Shown here: positions 19,360 to 27,610 of the stretch, piece after piece
Layout: every line of letters begins with the position of its first letter
How positions within the stretch are numbered: position 1 is the stretch's first letter
Assembly: GCA_046261975.1 (NCBI GenBank)
Contig: JBHENQ010000107.1
Span: 11,006 to 75,005 of the forward strand
Direction: 5' to 3'
DNA length: 64,000 nucleotides
DNA from: Gemmatimonadaceae bacterium
GTDB lineage: Bacteria; Gemmatimonadota; Gemmatimonadetes; Gemmatimonadales; Gemmatimonadaceae
Translations under genes and position numbers: made by a program
The notes under the pieces: model-generated
Seen by the model: the letters and a program-made list of their open reading frames with translations, nothing else
Database searches by the model: none
What the model was told of the DNA's origin: nothing

Positions 19360-20601
19360 ATGAAAAACAACCGGCTCGGAATAGGCTTCGTTGGTAGCGG
19401 GTTCAATGCACGGTTTCATATCCAGGGCTTCACCGCCATCAGAGACGCTGACGTACTCGGCGTGTGGAGCCCCAACCGGAAGCGCGCGGAAGACACAGCC
19501 GCTTTTGCCCGCAACCTAGACGTTGGCGAGGCCAAAGCATTCGGATCCATCGAGGAAATGGTGGCCGATCCGGGCATCGATGCCATATGGCTTTGCGGGC
19601 CGAATCAGGCGCGCGTTGAGAACATGGAGGCGATCGTCGACGCGGTCGAGCGCGGACGGGGATCGCTTGTGGGAATCGCGTGCGAGAAACCGCTTGCCCG
19701 TAACGTCGCCGAGGCAAAGAAGGTGGCGGCACTTCTCAAACGCTCCGGCCTGATCGGTGGATACATGGAGAATCAGCTCTTTGCTCCACAGGTGGAACTG
19801 GGCCGCGCTCTCATCTGGGCTCGTGGTGCCGCGACAACCGGCCGCCCCTATCTGGCGCGTGCAGCTGAAGAACACAGCGGGCCGCACATGCCGTGGTTCT
19901 GGAAAGGCTCACTCCAGGGTGGCGGCGTTCTGAACGACATGATGTGTCACTCGGTACTCGTGGTACGCCACCTGCTCACTCGCCCGGGGGAACCTTTGTC
20001 ATCGGTACGTCCCGTACGCATTACGGGTCACGTCGCCAGCCTCAAGTGGACGCGTCCGGATTACGTGAAGCGCCTCAGCAAGATGATGGGCAGCGACGTG
20101 GATTACTCGAAGCAACCATCTGAAGACTTCGCCAGCGTCATGATAGAGTTTGAAACCGACGATGGCCATACGGTGCTGGGTGAAGCGACCACATCCTGGA
20201 GTTTCGTCGGCGCGGGCCTTCGACTCTCGGCGGAACTGCTGGGCCCGGAATACTCGATGTCGTGGAATACACTCGACAGCGGGCTACGGCTCTTCTTTAG
20301 CCGTGAGGTGAAGGGAAAGGCGGGCGAAGACCTCGTGGAAAAGCAGAACGCGGAGATGGGCCTGATGCCGGTGGTTGCGAGCGAAGCGGCTTTCTACGGG
20401 TACGAAGCCGAAGACCGTCACTTCGCGCGCGTATTTCTGGGGAAGGAAGCGCCGTTGCTGACTTTCGACGATGGGGTGGAGATCGTGACGCTGCTAATGG
20501 CGGCATACATGAGCGCTGAGCAGGGTGTCACCTTGAACTTCCCGCCCAAAGGGGTCGACAAATTCATCCCTGCTGTGGCAAAGGGGAAATGGAAGCCGTG
20601 A
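19360..20601 (+). CDS. Gfo/Idh/MocA family NAD(P)-dependent oxidoreductase
   Basis: N-terminal Rossmann RLGIGFVGSGFNARFH and GCEKPLA (EKP motif) typical of the family. 413 aa. Confidence 0.8.
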   Translation: MKNNRLGIGFVGSGFNARFHIQGFTAIRDADVLGVWSPNRKRAEDTAAFARNLDVGEAKAFGSIEEMVADPGIDAIWLCGPNQARVENMEAIVDAVERGRGSLVGIACEKPLARNVAEAKKVAALLKRSGLIGGYMENQLFAPQVELGRALIWARGAATTGRPYLARAAEEHSGPHMPWFWKGSLQGGGVLNDMMCHSVLVVRHLLTRPGEPLSSVRPVRITGHVASLKWTRPDYVKRLSKMMGSDVDYSKQPSEDFASVMIEFETDDGHTVLGEATTSWSFVGAGLRLSAELLGPEYSMSWNTLDSGLRLFFSREVKGKAGEDLVEKQNAEMGLMPVVASEAAFYGYEAEDRHFARVFLGKEAPLLTFDDGVEIVTLLMAAYMSAEQGVTLNFPPKGVDKFIPAVAKGKWKP

Positions 20602-20605
20602 CAGC

Positions 20606-22201
20606 ATGACAACAACGTTCAGGAGATTCGGCCGCATGTCGCGCTCGTCGGCCGGCATCCTTGGCATCGCCATCGAAGCAGCCTTTTTTCTCGTGCCGGC
20701 GCCCCACCGGCTGCAGGGCCAGACGCTTGGAACAATCCGTTTCCCCACATCGGGCAACAGTGAGGCGCAACCGCACTTCATTCGCGGCGTTCTCTTTCTG
20801 CACAGCTTCGAGTATGACGCCGCCGCCCGCGCTTTTCGTGAAGCACAGAAAAGTGATCCGGATTTCGCCATGGCGTATTGGGGCGAAGCCATGACATACA
20901 ACCACCCCGTCTGGAACGAACAGGACCTCAAAGCCGCGCGAGAAGCGCTCGGTCGACTGGGCCCTGCCCCGATGGCCCGCAGCGCCAAGGCGCCTACACC
21001 ACGTGAGCGCGCCTATCTTCAAGCCGTGGAAGTTCTCTACGGTGATGGACCCAAGCCAAAGCGCGATACCCTGTACTCGGAAGCGATGGCTGAGTTAGCC
21101 AGACAATACCCCGATGATCACGACGCCCAGACATTCTACGCGCTATCGCTGATTGGACTCGGTCAGGGCACACGTCACATTCCCACATACGAGCGCGCAG
21201 GGGTCATAGCATCCGAAGTGCTCAAGCAAAATCGTGATCACCCGGGCGCCGCACACTACATCATCCATGCCTACGATGATCCACTTCACGCTGCGCTGGG
21301 CCTCGAGGCAGCGCGAGCCTACTCGAAGATTGCACCCGACGCAGCGCACGCACAGCACATGACCACGCACATCTTCGTGGCACTGGGAATGTGGGACGAT
21401 GTCGTCTCGCAAAATGAGATAGCCTCGGGCCACGATCATTCGGCCTGGCGCCCGGGGCATTACACATCCTGGTTGGGTTATGGATACCTGCAACAGGGCC
21501 GCTACAGCGATGCGCGCAAGCAGTTGGAGACCGTACGTTCCAACGTGGGCGCTGCTGCAGCGCGCCCCGCGCGCGCGTCTCTGATCAGCATGCGCGCGCA
21601 CTACATCGTAAACACTCAAAGGTGGGACGATCCCGTCCTGAAGTGGGAGGTCGACACCACCGGAATCCACGGCATGCAGCTCGTTGACGCGTTTGTAAGG
21701 GGTATGGCCGCGCTGAGCAAGGGCGATCGTTCCGCCGCCGAAGGGCATCTGGCTCGAATTGCAGGTGCAAGCCGGAAGGCTTCGCCCGAAGATGATGATT
21801 ATCCGGTAATCCTCGAGAAACAGCTGCGAGCTTTGGTTAGACTCGCCGAAGGCAGTCGTGACGAGGCCGTTGCGTTGCTGCGCGAAGCGACGAAGCTGGA
21901 AGATGCGATGCCGTTGGAGTTCGGCCCGCCGGCCATAGCCAAGCCAACGCATGAGCTGCTCGGCGAGACCCTGATGAAGCTTGGGCGTCCGGCCGAGGCA
22001 GCCCGCGAGTTCGAGCGCGCACTCGAACTGACGCCGAAACGCGCCATCGCGCTATTGGGACTTGCTCGCGCGGCGGTCGCAACCGGGGACCGAGCGACCG
22101 CGGCCCGGACCTACTCGGAGCTGCTAGGAATCTGGCATCGGGCTGACGCAGATCTTCCTGCGCTTTCGGAGGCAGTGCGGATGTCAGCGTCGTCCCGCTG
22201 A
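20606..22201 (+). CDS. tetratricopeptide-repeat protein (function unknown)
   Basis: 531 aa. Repeated Ala/Leu/Tyr-rich helical pairs (AMAYWGEAMTYNHP...; KLGRPAEAAREFERALELTP). Signal-anchor-like N-terminus. 4 nt downstream of the Gfo/Idh/MocA gene. Confidence 0.5.
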   Translation: MTTTFRRFGRMSRSSAGILGIAIEAAFFLVPAPHRLQGQTLGTIRFPTSGNSEAQPHFIRGVLFLHSFEYDAAARAFREAQKSDPDFAMAYWGEAMTYNHPVWNEQDLKAAREALGRLGPAPMARSAKAPTPRERAYLQAVEVLYGDGPKPKRDTLYSEAMAELARQYPDDHDAQTFYALSLIGLGQGTRHIPTYERAGVIASEVLKQNRDHPGAAHYIIHAYDDPLHAALGLEAARAYSKIAPDAAHAQHMTTHIFVALGMWDDVVSQNEIASGHDHSAWRPGHYTSWLGYGYLQQGRYSDARKQLETVRSNVGAAAARPARASLISMRAHYIVNTQRWDDPVLKWEVDTTGIHGMQLVDAFVRGMAALSKGDRSAAEGHLARIAGASRKASPEDDDYPVILEKQLRALVRLAEGSRDEAVALLREATKLEDAMPLEFGPPAIAKPTHELLGETLMKLGRPAEAAREFERALELTPKRAIALLGLARAAVATGDRATAARTYSELLGIWHRADADLPALSEAVRMSASSR

Positions 22202-22256
22202 GCGCCTATCACGTGAGTCACGTGATCGCTGACGAGCGTGCTGGGAGGAGAACCCA

Positions 22257-23369
22257 GTGAAAGCTCCGTCTATTTTTCTGCTGCTCGCGTGGTGTTTACT
22301 GGTCGAACCGGATAGCGCGGTAGCCCAGACGGACCGGAAAACACGTAACGTTGTGCTGATCGTCACCGATGGCCTGCGCTGGCAGGAAGTCTTCGGTGGC
22401 GCTGATTCCTCGCTGATGAACCGGGAACACGGCGGCGTTGTAGACACAACGGCATTGCGTGAAAGATTCTGGCGCCGTACCGCCGACGCGCGGCGTTCCA
22501 TTCTTCTTCCGTTTTTCTGGAACGTGATCGCGACAAAAGGACAGGTCTACGGCAATCCCGCAAAAGCGAGCATCGCACGAGTCTCGAATGGCCTGAAGTT
22601 CTCGTACCCGGGCTACAACGAGCTCCTGACTGGATTTGTCGACGCCCGCATAACCAGCAACGAATTCGGCCCCAATCCCAACGTCACCGTATTCGAGTGG
22701 CTGGGCCGCCGTCCTGGTTTCAGAGGCAAGGTTGCGGCCTTCGGAACCTGGGACGCGTTCCGCGACATCTTCAACGACAAGCGCAGCGGCATCTTCATGC
22801 GCGTGGCCTGGGAGCAACCCATCACAGGCCCGCTTACGGGCTCGCAGGCCATGCTGGACAAGCTCTACCGCACGACTACGAGGCTGTGGGATGACGTCGT
22901 GTACGACTCCTTCATGCACGAGGCCTTGATGGATCACGTGCGCCGACATCGTCCACGGGTGCTGTTCGTCGGTTACGGCGAGACGGATATCTGGTCTCAC
23001 GATGGACGCTACGACTTGCTGCTTGGCGCTGCTCACCAGGTTGACGACTTTGTTTCGGATCTCTGGAGTACGATGCAGCAGATGCCGGAGTACCGCGGAA
23101 AAACGACGTTCATCATCACCACCGATCATGGTCGCGGGGACGGCCTTGCGAAGTGGAGGAATCACGGTCGAGACGTGGAGGGCGCTGAAGACATCTGGAT
23201 CGCCGTACTCGGCCCAGATACTCCTGCTCTCGGTGAGGTTAGGAATGCGACGCCAGTGACTCAGGGTCAGATCGCCGCAACCCTGGCGGCGCTGCTGGGA
23301 GAGAACTACGGGATGCACGTTCGCGCAGCTGCTCAGCCGATCTCTACCGCCTTGAGCGCGAAACCCTGA
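22257..23369 (+). CDS. alkaline-phosphatase superfamily protein (type I phosphodiesterase/nucleotide pyrophosphatase-like), secreted
   Basis: Signal peptide. N-terminal metal-ligand motif VVLIVTDGLRWQE (compare xxDGxRWD of NPP/AP enzymes). C-terminal ITTDHGRGDG His-metal motif. Confidence 0.6.
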   Translation: MKAPSIFLLLAWCLLVEPDSAVAQTDRKTRNVVLIVTDGLRWQEVFGGADSSLMNREHGGVVDTTALRERFWRRTADARRSILLPFFWNVIATKGQVYGNPAKASIARVSNGLKFSYPGYNELLTGFVDARITSNEFGPNPNVTVFEWLGRRPGFRGKVAAFGTWDAFRDIFNDKRSGIFMRVAWEQPITGPLTGSQAMLDKLYRTTTRLWDDVVYDSFMHEALMDHVRRHRPRVLFVGYGETDIWSHDGRYDLLLGAAHQVDDFVSDLWSTMQQMPEYRGKTTFIITTDHGRGDGLAKWRNHGRDVEGAEDIWIAVLGPDTPALGEVRNATPVTQGQIAATLAALLGENYGMHVRAAAQPISTALSAKP

Positions 23370-23391
23370 ACAGCAGCCTTCGGCTCATACC

Positions 23392-24024
23392 GTGATGGTA
23401 CGTCTCTACGATGTTTCGCAAGGAATCAGAGACGGTGGGCTCGCGTACCCCGGCGATCCACCCATCCGGATAACAGAGCACGAGTCTATCGCGGCCGGCT
23501 CGTCCGCCAACGTTTCAGCACTCAGTTTCGGCTCACATACAGGCACACACGTCGACGCTCCTTTGCACTTTATCGATGGAGGTGCGCCCGTCGACGCGAT
23601 TCCACTCGGTCATCTAATCGGGCCCGCGATTCTGGTGAGGTTCGAGGACAGTCTACGCGTCATCCGCAAGAGAGATCTCGAGCACAAAGACCTTCGAGGG
23701 CACCCGCGCGTCCTCCTGGCGACGCGCAATTCCGCTTTGCTACGCCAGCGTGAATTTCAGACGGATTACACTTATCTGTCCCCGGATGGTGCGGAATATC
23801 TTGCCAGTATCGGTGTCGTGCTTGTGGGCATCGACTATCTCTCCGTCGAACAGTTTCACTCTGGACATCACCGAACTCACCTGACGCTCCTGGAGCGCGG
23901 CATAGTGATAGTGGAAGGGCTCGATCTGTCGCAGCCTATGCCCGGCGAGTATGAGCTGATGTGCCTGCCTCTGAAGCTAGTCGGGCGCGACGGCGCACCG
24001 GCGCGCGCGGTGTTGCGAGGGTAG
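23392..24024 (+). CDS. cyclase family protein (kynurenine formamidase-like)
   Basis: GSHTGTHVDAPLHF motif of the putative-cyclase family (PF04199-type). 210 aa. Confidence 0.75.
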   Translation: MMVRLYDVSQGIRDGGLAYPGDPPIRITEHESIAAGSSANVSALSFGSHTGTHVDAPLHFIDGGAPVDAIPLGHLIGPAILVRFEDSLRVIRKRDLEHKDLRGHPRVLLATRNSALLRQREFQTDYTYLSPDGAEYLASIGVVLVGIDYLSVEQFHSGHHRTHLTLLERGIVIVEGLDLSQPMPGEYELMCLPLKLVGRDGAPARAVLRG

Positions 24025-24027
24025 CGG

Positions 24028-24927
24028 ATGCGACTCGCAATGATCGGACTGGGCCGCATGGGTGGCAACATGACGGAACGGCTGCTCCGCGGCGCTCATG
24101 AGCTTGTGGTATACGACCGGGATCCTGACGCGGCCATTCGTCTCGAGACGCTCGGAGCCACTGCCGCGACCTCTCTGTCCGACGTGGCCTCGCGACTCGG
24201 CGCGCCGCGCATAGTCTGGATCATGGTCCCCGCTGGTGATCCCGTCGAGCATACCGTTTCGGAGTTGACCCGTGTGCTCGGAAAGGGCGACATCATCATA
24301 GACGGAGGCAACTCCAACTTCCGCGACACCATGAGGCGCAGCGCTGGACTGCTCGAACATGGCATCGATTTGGTGGATTGCGGTACGAGCGGTGGAATCT
24401 GGGGACTCGAGAACGGGTACTGCTTGATGGCCGGGGGAGCCGATGGAGCTATCGCGCGCTGCGAGCCGCTCTTCCGGACGCTGGCACCCGCTGACGGCTA
24501 TGCGCATGTCGGTCCGTCCGGCGCGGGACATTTTGTCAAGATGATTCACAACGGTATCGAATATGGACTCCTTCAGGCGTATGGCGAAGGTTATGAGATG
24601 CTCCGGTCGAACCCCCATTTCGACCTTGACCTACCACAGGTCTCCGCCCTCTGGAATCACGGAAGCGTAGTGCGGTCATGGCTCAACGAGCTTGCTGCAT
24701 CCTCCTTTGCGGAGAATGCCACACTCGACGGCATCAGCGGTTATGTGGAGGACTCCGGCGAGGGACGATGGACGGTGCAGGAAGCCATCGCCATGAACGT
24801 TCCGGCGCCAGTAATCACATTGTCACTCCTCATGAGATTCCGTTCTCGGCAGAACGATTCGTTCTCCGCCAAGGTGATCGCCGCTCTCAGGAACCAATTC
24901 GGCGGGCACGTCGTGAAGAAGGAATGA
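24028..24927 (+). CDS. gnd: 6-phosphogluconate dehydrogenase (decarboxylating), short YqeC/Gnd-like form
   Basis: N-terminal NAD(P) motif MIGLGRMGGNM, 6PGDH C-terminal region. 299 aa. Stop overlaps the zwf start (ATGA). Confidence 0.8.
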   Translation: MRLAMIGLGRMGGNMTERLLRGAHELVVYDRDPDAAIRLETLGATAATSLSDVASRLGAPRIVWIMVPAGDPVEHTVSELTRVLGKGDIIIDGGNSNFRDTMRRSAGLLEHGIDLVDCGTSGGIWGLENGYCLMAGGADGAIARCEPLFRTLAPADGYAHVGPSGAGHFVKMIHNGIEYGLLQAYGEGYEMLRSNPHFDLDLPQVSALWNHGSVVRSWLNELAASSFAENATLDGISGYVEDSGEGRWTVQEAIAMNVPAPVITLSLLMRFRSRQNDSFSAKVIAALRNQFGGHVVKKE

Positions 24928-26576
24928 AACAGGACGGCGTGCGCCATGCAGTGCGCGCCACCAGAGATGAGCCGCGGGCACAGGCGCGCCGTGCCGATCC
25001 GTGCACCCTTGTCATTCTGGGCGCGGGTGGAGACCTGATGCGACGCAAGCTCTTGCCAGCGCTCTATAGCCTTGCCGCCAATAATCTGCTTCCAGACGAC
25101 TTTACGCTGCTGGGAGCCGCGCGGGCGCCGCTGACCGACGAGGAGTTCCGGACTTCGCTACTGGATGCGCTCGGCGAGTCGGAGGAGATTACGGCGGTGG
25201 ATGACGCCGCATGGCGGAAACTCTCTCGCGTGGTGTTTTACGTATCGGGTGACCTCACTGAGGACGATACCTATGTCCGACTCTCGGCACGGCTGAGTGA
25301 AATAGAAAGACCGCTTCCGGCTTCGACGCCGATAAACGATGCGAACCGTATGATCTATCTCGCATTGCCACCGAGCGTCTTTCCCACGGTTGTTCGGAAG
25401 CTTTCTTCGAGTGGCGTCGCTCCGCGCGCCATGGGTCCCGACTCACATCCATGGACGCGCATCGTAGTCGAGAAGCCATTTGGGCGCGACCTCGCCAGTG
25501 CCAGGCTCCTGAACCGCGCATTGCTGGAGCTCTTCGACGAGTCGCAGATATTCCGGATCGATCACTACCTCGGCAAGGAAACGGTTCAGAACATTCTCGT
25601 TTTCAGATTCGCGAATTCAATTTTCGAGGCCCTCTGGAATCGCAACCACATTGCGCACGTTCAGATCACGGCTGCCGAGAAGATCGGAGTCGGCGCGCGC
25701 GCGCAGTTCTACGAGGAGGCTGGTGTATTTCGCGACATGTTTCAGAACCACTTGCTGCAGCTCCTTGCCCTTACCGCGATGGAGCCGCCGGCTCGAGCGG
25801 ATGCCGGATCCATACGAGATGAAAAGGTAAAAGTCCTGCGATCGCTCGTGGCACCCTCCCTTGCGGGGGATTCTGTTCAAGCCACCGCCGCCCAATACGC
25901 CGCGGGACGGATCGACGGCGCGGATGTGCCGGGTTACCGGCAGGAGTCGGGTGTCGCTTCAGGTTCATTGTCGCCGACATTTGCAGCAGCTCGGTTCCTC
26001 ATCGACAACGCCCGGTGGAAGGGTGTGCCGTTCTACTTGAGGTCCGGCAAACGGATGGCCCGTCGCGTCACCGAAATTGCCATCCAGTTTCGCGATCCGC
26101 ACATGGCAATGTTCGGCAGTTACATGCGCGGGCCCAGATCCCCCAACGTGCTCGTACTTCGAATACAGCCTGACGAGGGGATCGGTCTTTCGATAGAGCT
26201 GAAATGCCCCGGACCGGCACTCGCTCTCACTCCGGAAGTCGAGGTCGGGATAGTATCCATGGACTTCGATTACTCAGAGGTGTTCGGTAGTACTAGTTTT
26301 CTGGCGTACGAAACGTTGCTACTGGACGTGATGCTGGGCGACGCGACCTTGTTCACGCGCAGCGATGAAGTTGAGGTGGCGTGGGGAATCGTCGATCCAC
26401 TCATCAGGCATTGGGATCGCCACCTAGGTGCACGCATCCCACTCTACGAGGCAGGAAGCTGGGGGCCTCCCGAAGCTCACGAGCTGATCGCGCTCGATGG
26501 TTTTGTTTGGCGAGAAGATTTCCCAGGCCCGGGCACACACGCAGTGCTGCCGCGGCAACCGACCTCACGGCCTTGA
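24924..26576 (+). CDS. zwf: glucose-6-phosphate 1-dehydrogenase
   Basis: NADP site ILGAGGDL, active-site RIDHYLGKE. 550 aa from ATG 24924 preceded by GAAGGA. Confidence 0.9.
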   Translation: MKQDGVRHAVRATRDEPRAQARRADPCTLVILGAGGDLMRRKLLPALYSLAANNLLPDDFTLLGAARAPLTDEEFRTSLLDALGESEEITAVDDAAWRKLSRVVFYVSGDLTEDDTYVRLSARLSEIERPLPASTPINDANRMIYLALPPSVFPTVVRKLSSSGVAPRAMGPDSHPWTRIVVEKPFGRDLASARLLNRALLELFDESQIFRIDHYLGKETVQNILVFRFANSIFEALWNRNHIAHVQITAAEKIGVGARAQFYEEAGVFRDMFQNHLLQLLALTAMEPPARADAGSIRDEKVKVLRSLVAPSLAGDSVQATAAQYAAGRIDGADVPGYRQESGVASGSLSPTFAAARFLIDNARWKGVPFYLRSGKRMARRVTEIAIQFRDPHMAMFGSYMRGPRSPNVLVLRIQPDEGIGLSIELKCPGPALALTPEVEVGIVSMDFDYSEVFGSTSFLAYETLLLDVMLGDATLFTRSDEVEVAWGIVDPLIRHWDRHLGARIPLYEAGSWGPPEAHELIALDGFVWREDFPGPGTHAVLPRQPTSRP

Positions 26577-26589
26577 GCCTGCGCAACTC

Positions 26590-27513
26590 ATGTTGCTAGC
26601 TCGGAGCATGATCCTCCGCGCTTCGCGCAGCCGTTTCCTGGCTGAGCAGTTTCGACGGCGTGCATTCGCTCGCCGCGCGGTGCGCCGGTTCATGCCGGGC
26701 GAAGATGTTTCCGCGGCCCTCGAAGCCTCCGTCGAATTCACCAAGCTTGGTATCGGCACAGTGCTCACCAACCTTGGCGAGCGAGTCACAACCAGGGCCG
26801 AGGCTACAGGAGTCCGGGATCACTACCTTGGCGTCCTGAATGCAGTGCGGGAACGTGGCCTTCCGGCGCAGATCTCGGTCAAGCTCACGCACCTGGGCCT
26901 GAACGTCGACCAAACGCATTGCGCCGACCACGTGTTGGCGCTCGCCGAACACGCTTCGGTCGACGGGTCTACGGTGTGGCTCGACATGGAAGAATCGCAG
27001 TACACCGATGCTACCCTCACCATCTTTCGGCAGGTCCGGGAGAGACACTCCAACATCGGAGTATGCTTGCAGGCCTATCTCCGGCGCACGGCAGCCGATC
27101 TGGCCGCACTGATGCCGCTGGACCCAGCTATTCGCCTGGTGAAAGGCGCGTACAACGAGCCTCGTGAGATTGCCTTTAGCGAGAAACGAGATGTCGACGA
27201 GAACTTTTTCTCGATCGCGACGCAGCTACTCTCGCTCGCTGGTGATCGGCAGGTAGTACCGGTGTTCGGAACTCACGATATGGGCCTGATAGGCCGCATA
27301 CGCCACCACGCCGGCACTGCCGGGATACCCAGGAGCAATTACGAATTCCACATGCTCTATGGCATCCGTTCAAACGAACAGAGATCGCTCGCGTTGGACG
27401 GTTGCACAGTCAGCGTACTGATCAGTTACGGCACCGCATGGTTCCCCTGGTACATGCGCCGGCTGGCCGAGCGCCCGGCCAATGTTTGGTTCGTGGTCAG
27501 GAATTTGTTCTAG
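26590..27513 (+). CDS. proline dehydrogenase family protein
   Basis: Motifs IRLVKGAY and EFHMLYGI typical of PutA-type proline dehydrogenase domains. Start ATG 26590. 307 aa. Confidence 0.6.
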   Translation: MLLARSMILRASRSRFLAEQFRRRAFARRAVRRFMPGEDVSAALEASVEFTKLGIGTVLTNLGERVTTRAEATGVRDHYLGVLNAVRERGLPAQISVKLTHLGLNVDQTHCADHVLALAEHASVDGSTVWLDMEESQYTDATLTIFRQVRERHSNIGVCLQAYLRRTAADLAALMPLDPAIRLVKGAYNEPREIAFSEKRDVDENFFSIATQLLSLAGDRQVVPVFGTHDMGLIGRIRHHAGTAGIPRSNYEFHMLYGIRSNEQRSLALDGCTVSVLISYGTAWFPWYMRRLAERPANVWFVVRNLF

Positions 27514-27610
27514 GGAAATCGGGAATCGGGAATCGGGAATCGGGAATCGGGAATCGGGAATCGGATCCCGACTCCCGACTCCCGACTCCCGACTCCCGAC
27601 TCCCGACTCC
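27514..27610. repeat. inverted tandem heptamer arrays (GGGAATC)x6 - GGATCC - (CGACTCC)x6 between convergent genes
   Basis: Read directly. Left arm begins at the stop codon of the proline dehydrogenase gene and right arm ends at the stop of the TonB receptor gene. Arms complementary except one position per unit (A-C on plus strand, G-U on minus-strand RNA). Confidence 0.95.

Noticed and set aside
22257-23369. PglZ (BREX) alkaline-phosphatase-domain protein
   Set aside because: Single secreted 370-aa NPP-like enzyme with signal peptide. No other BREX components nearby.
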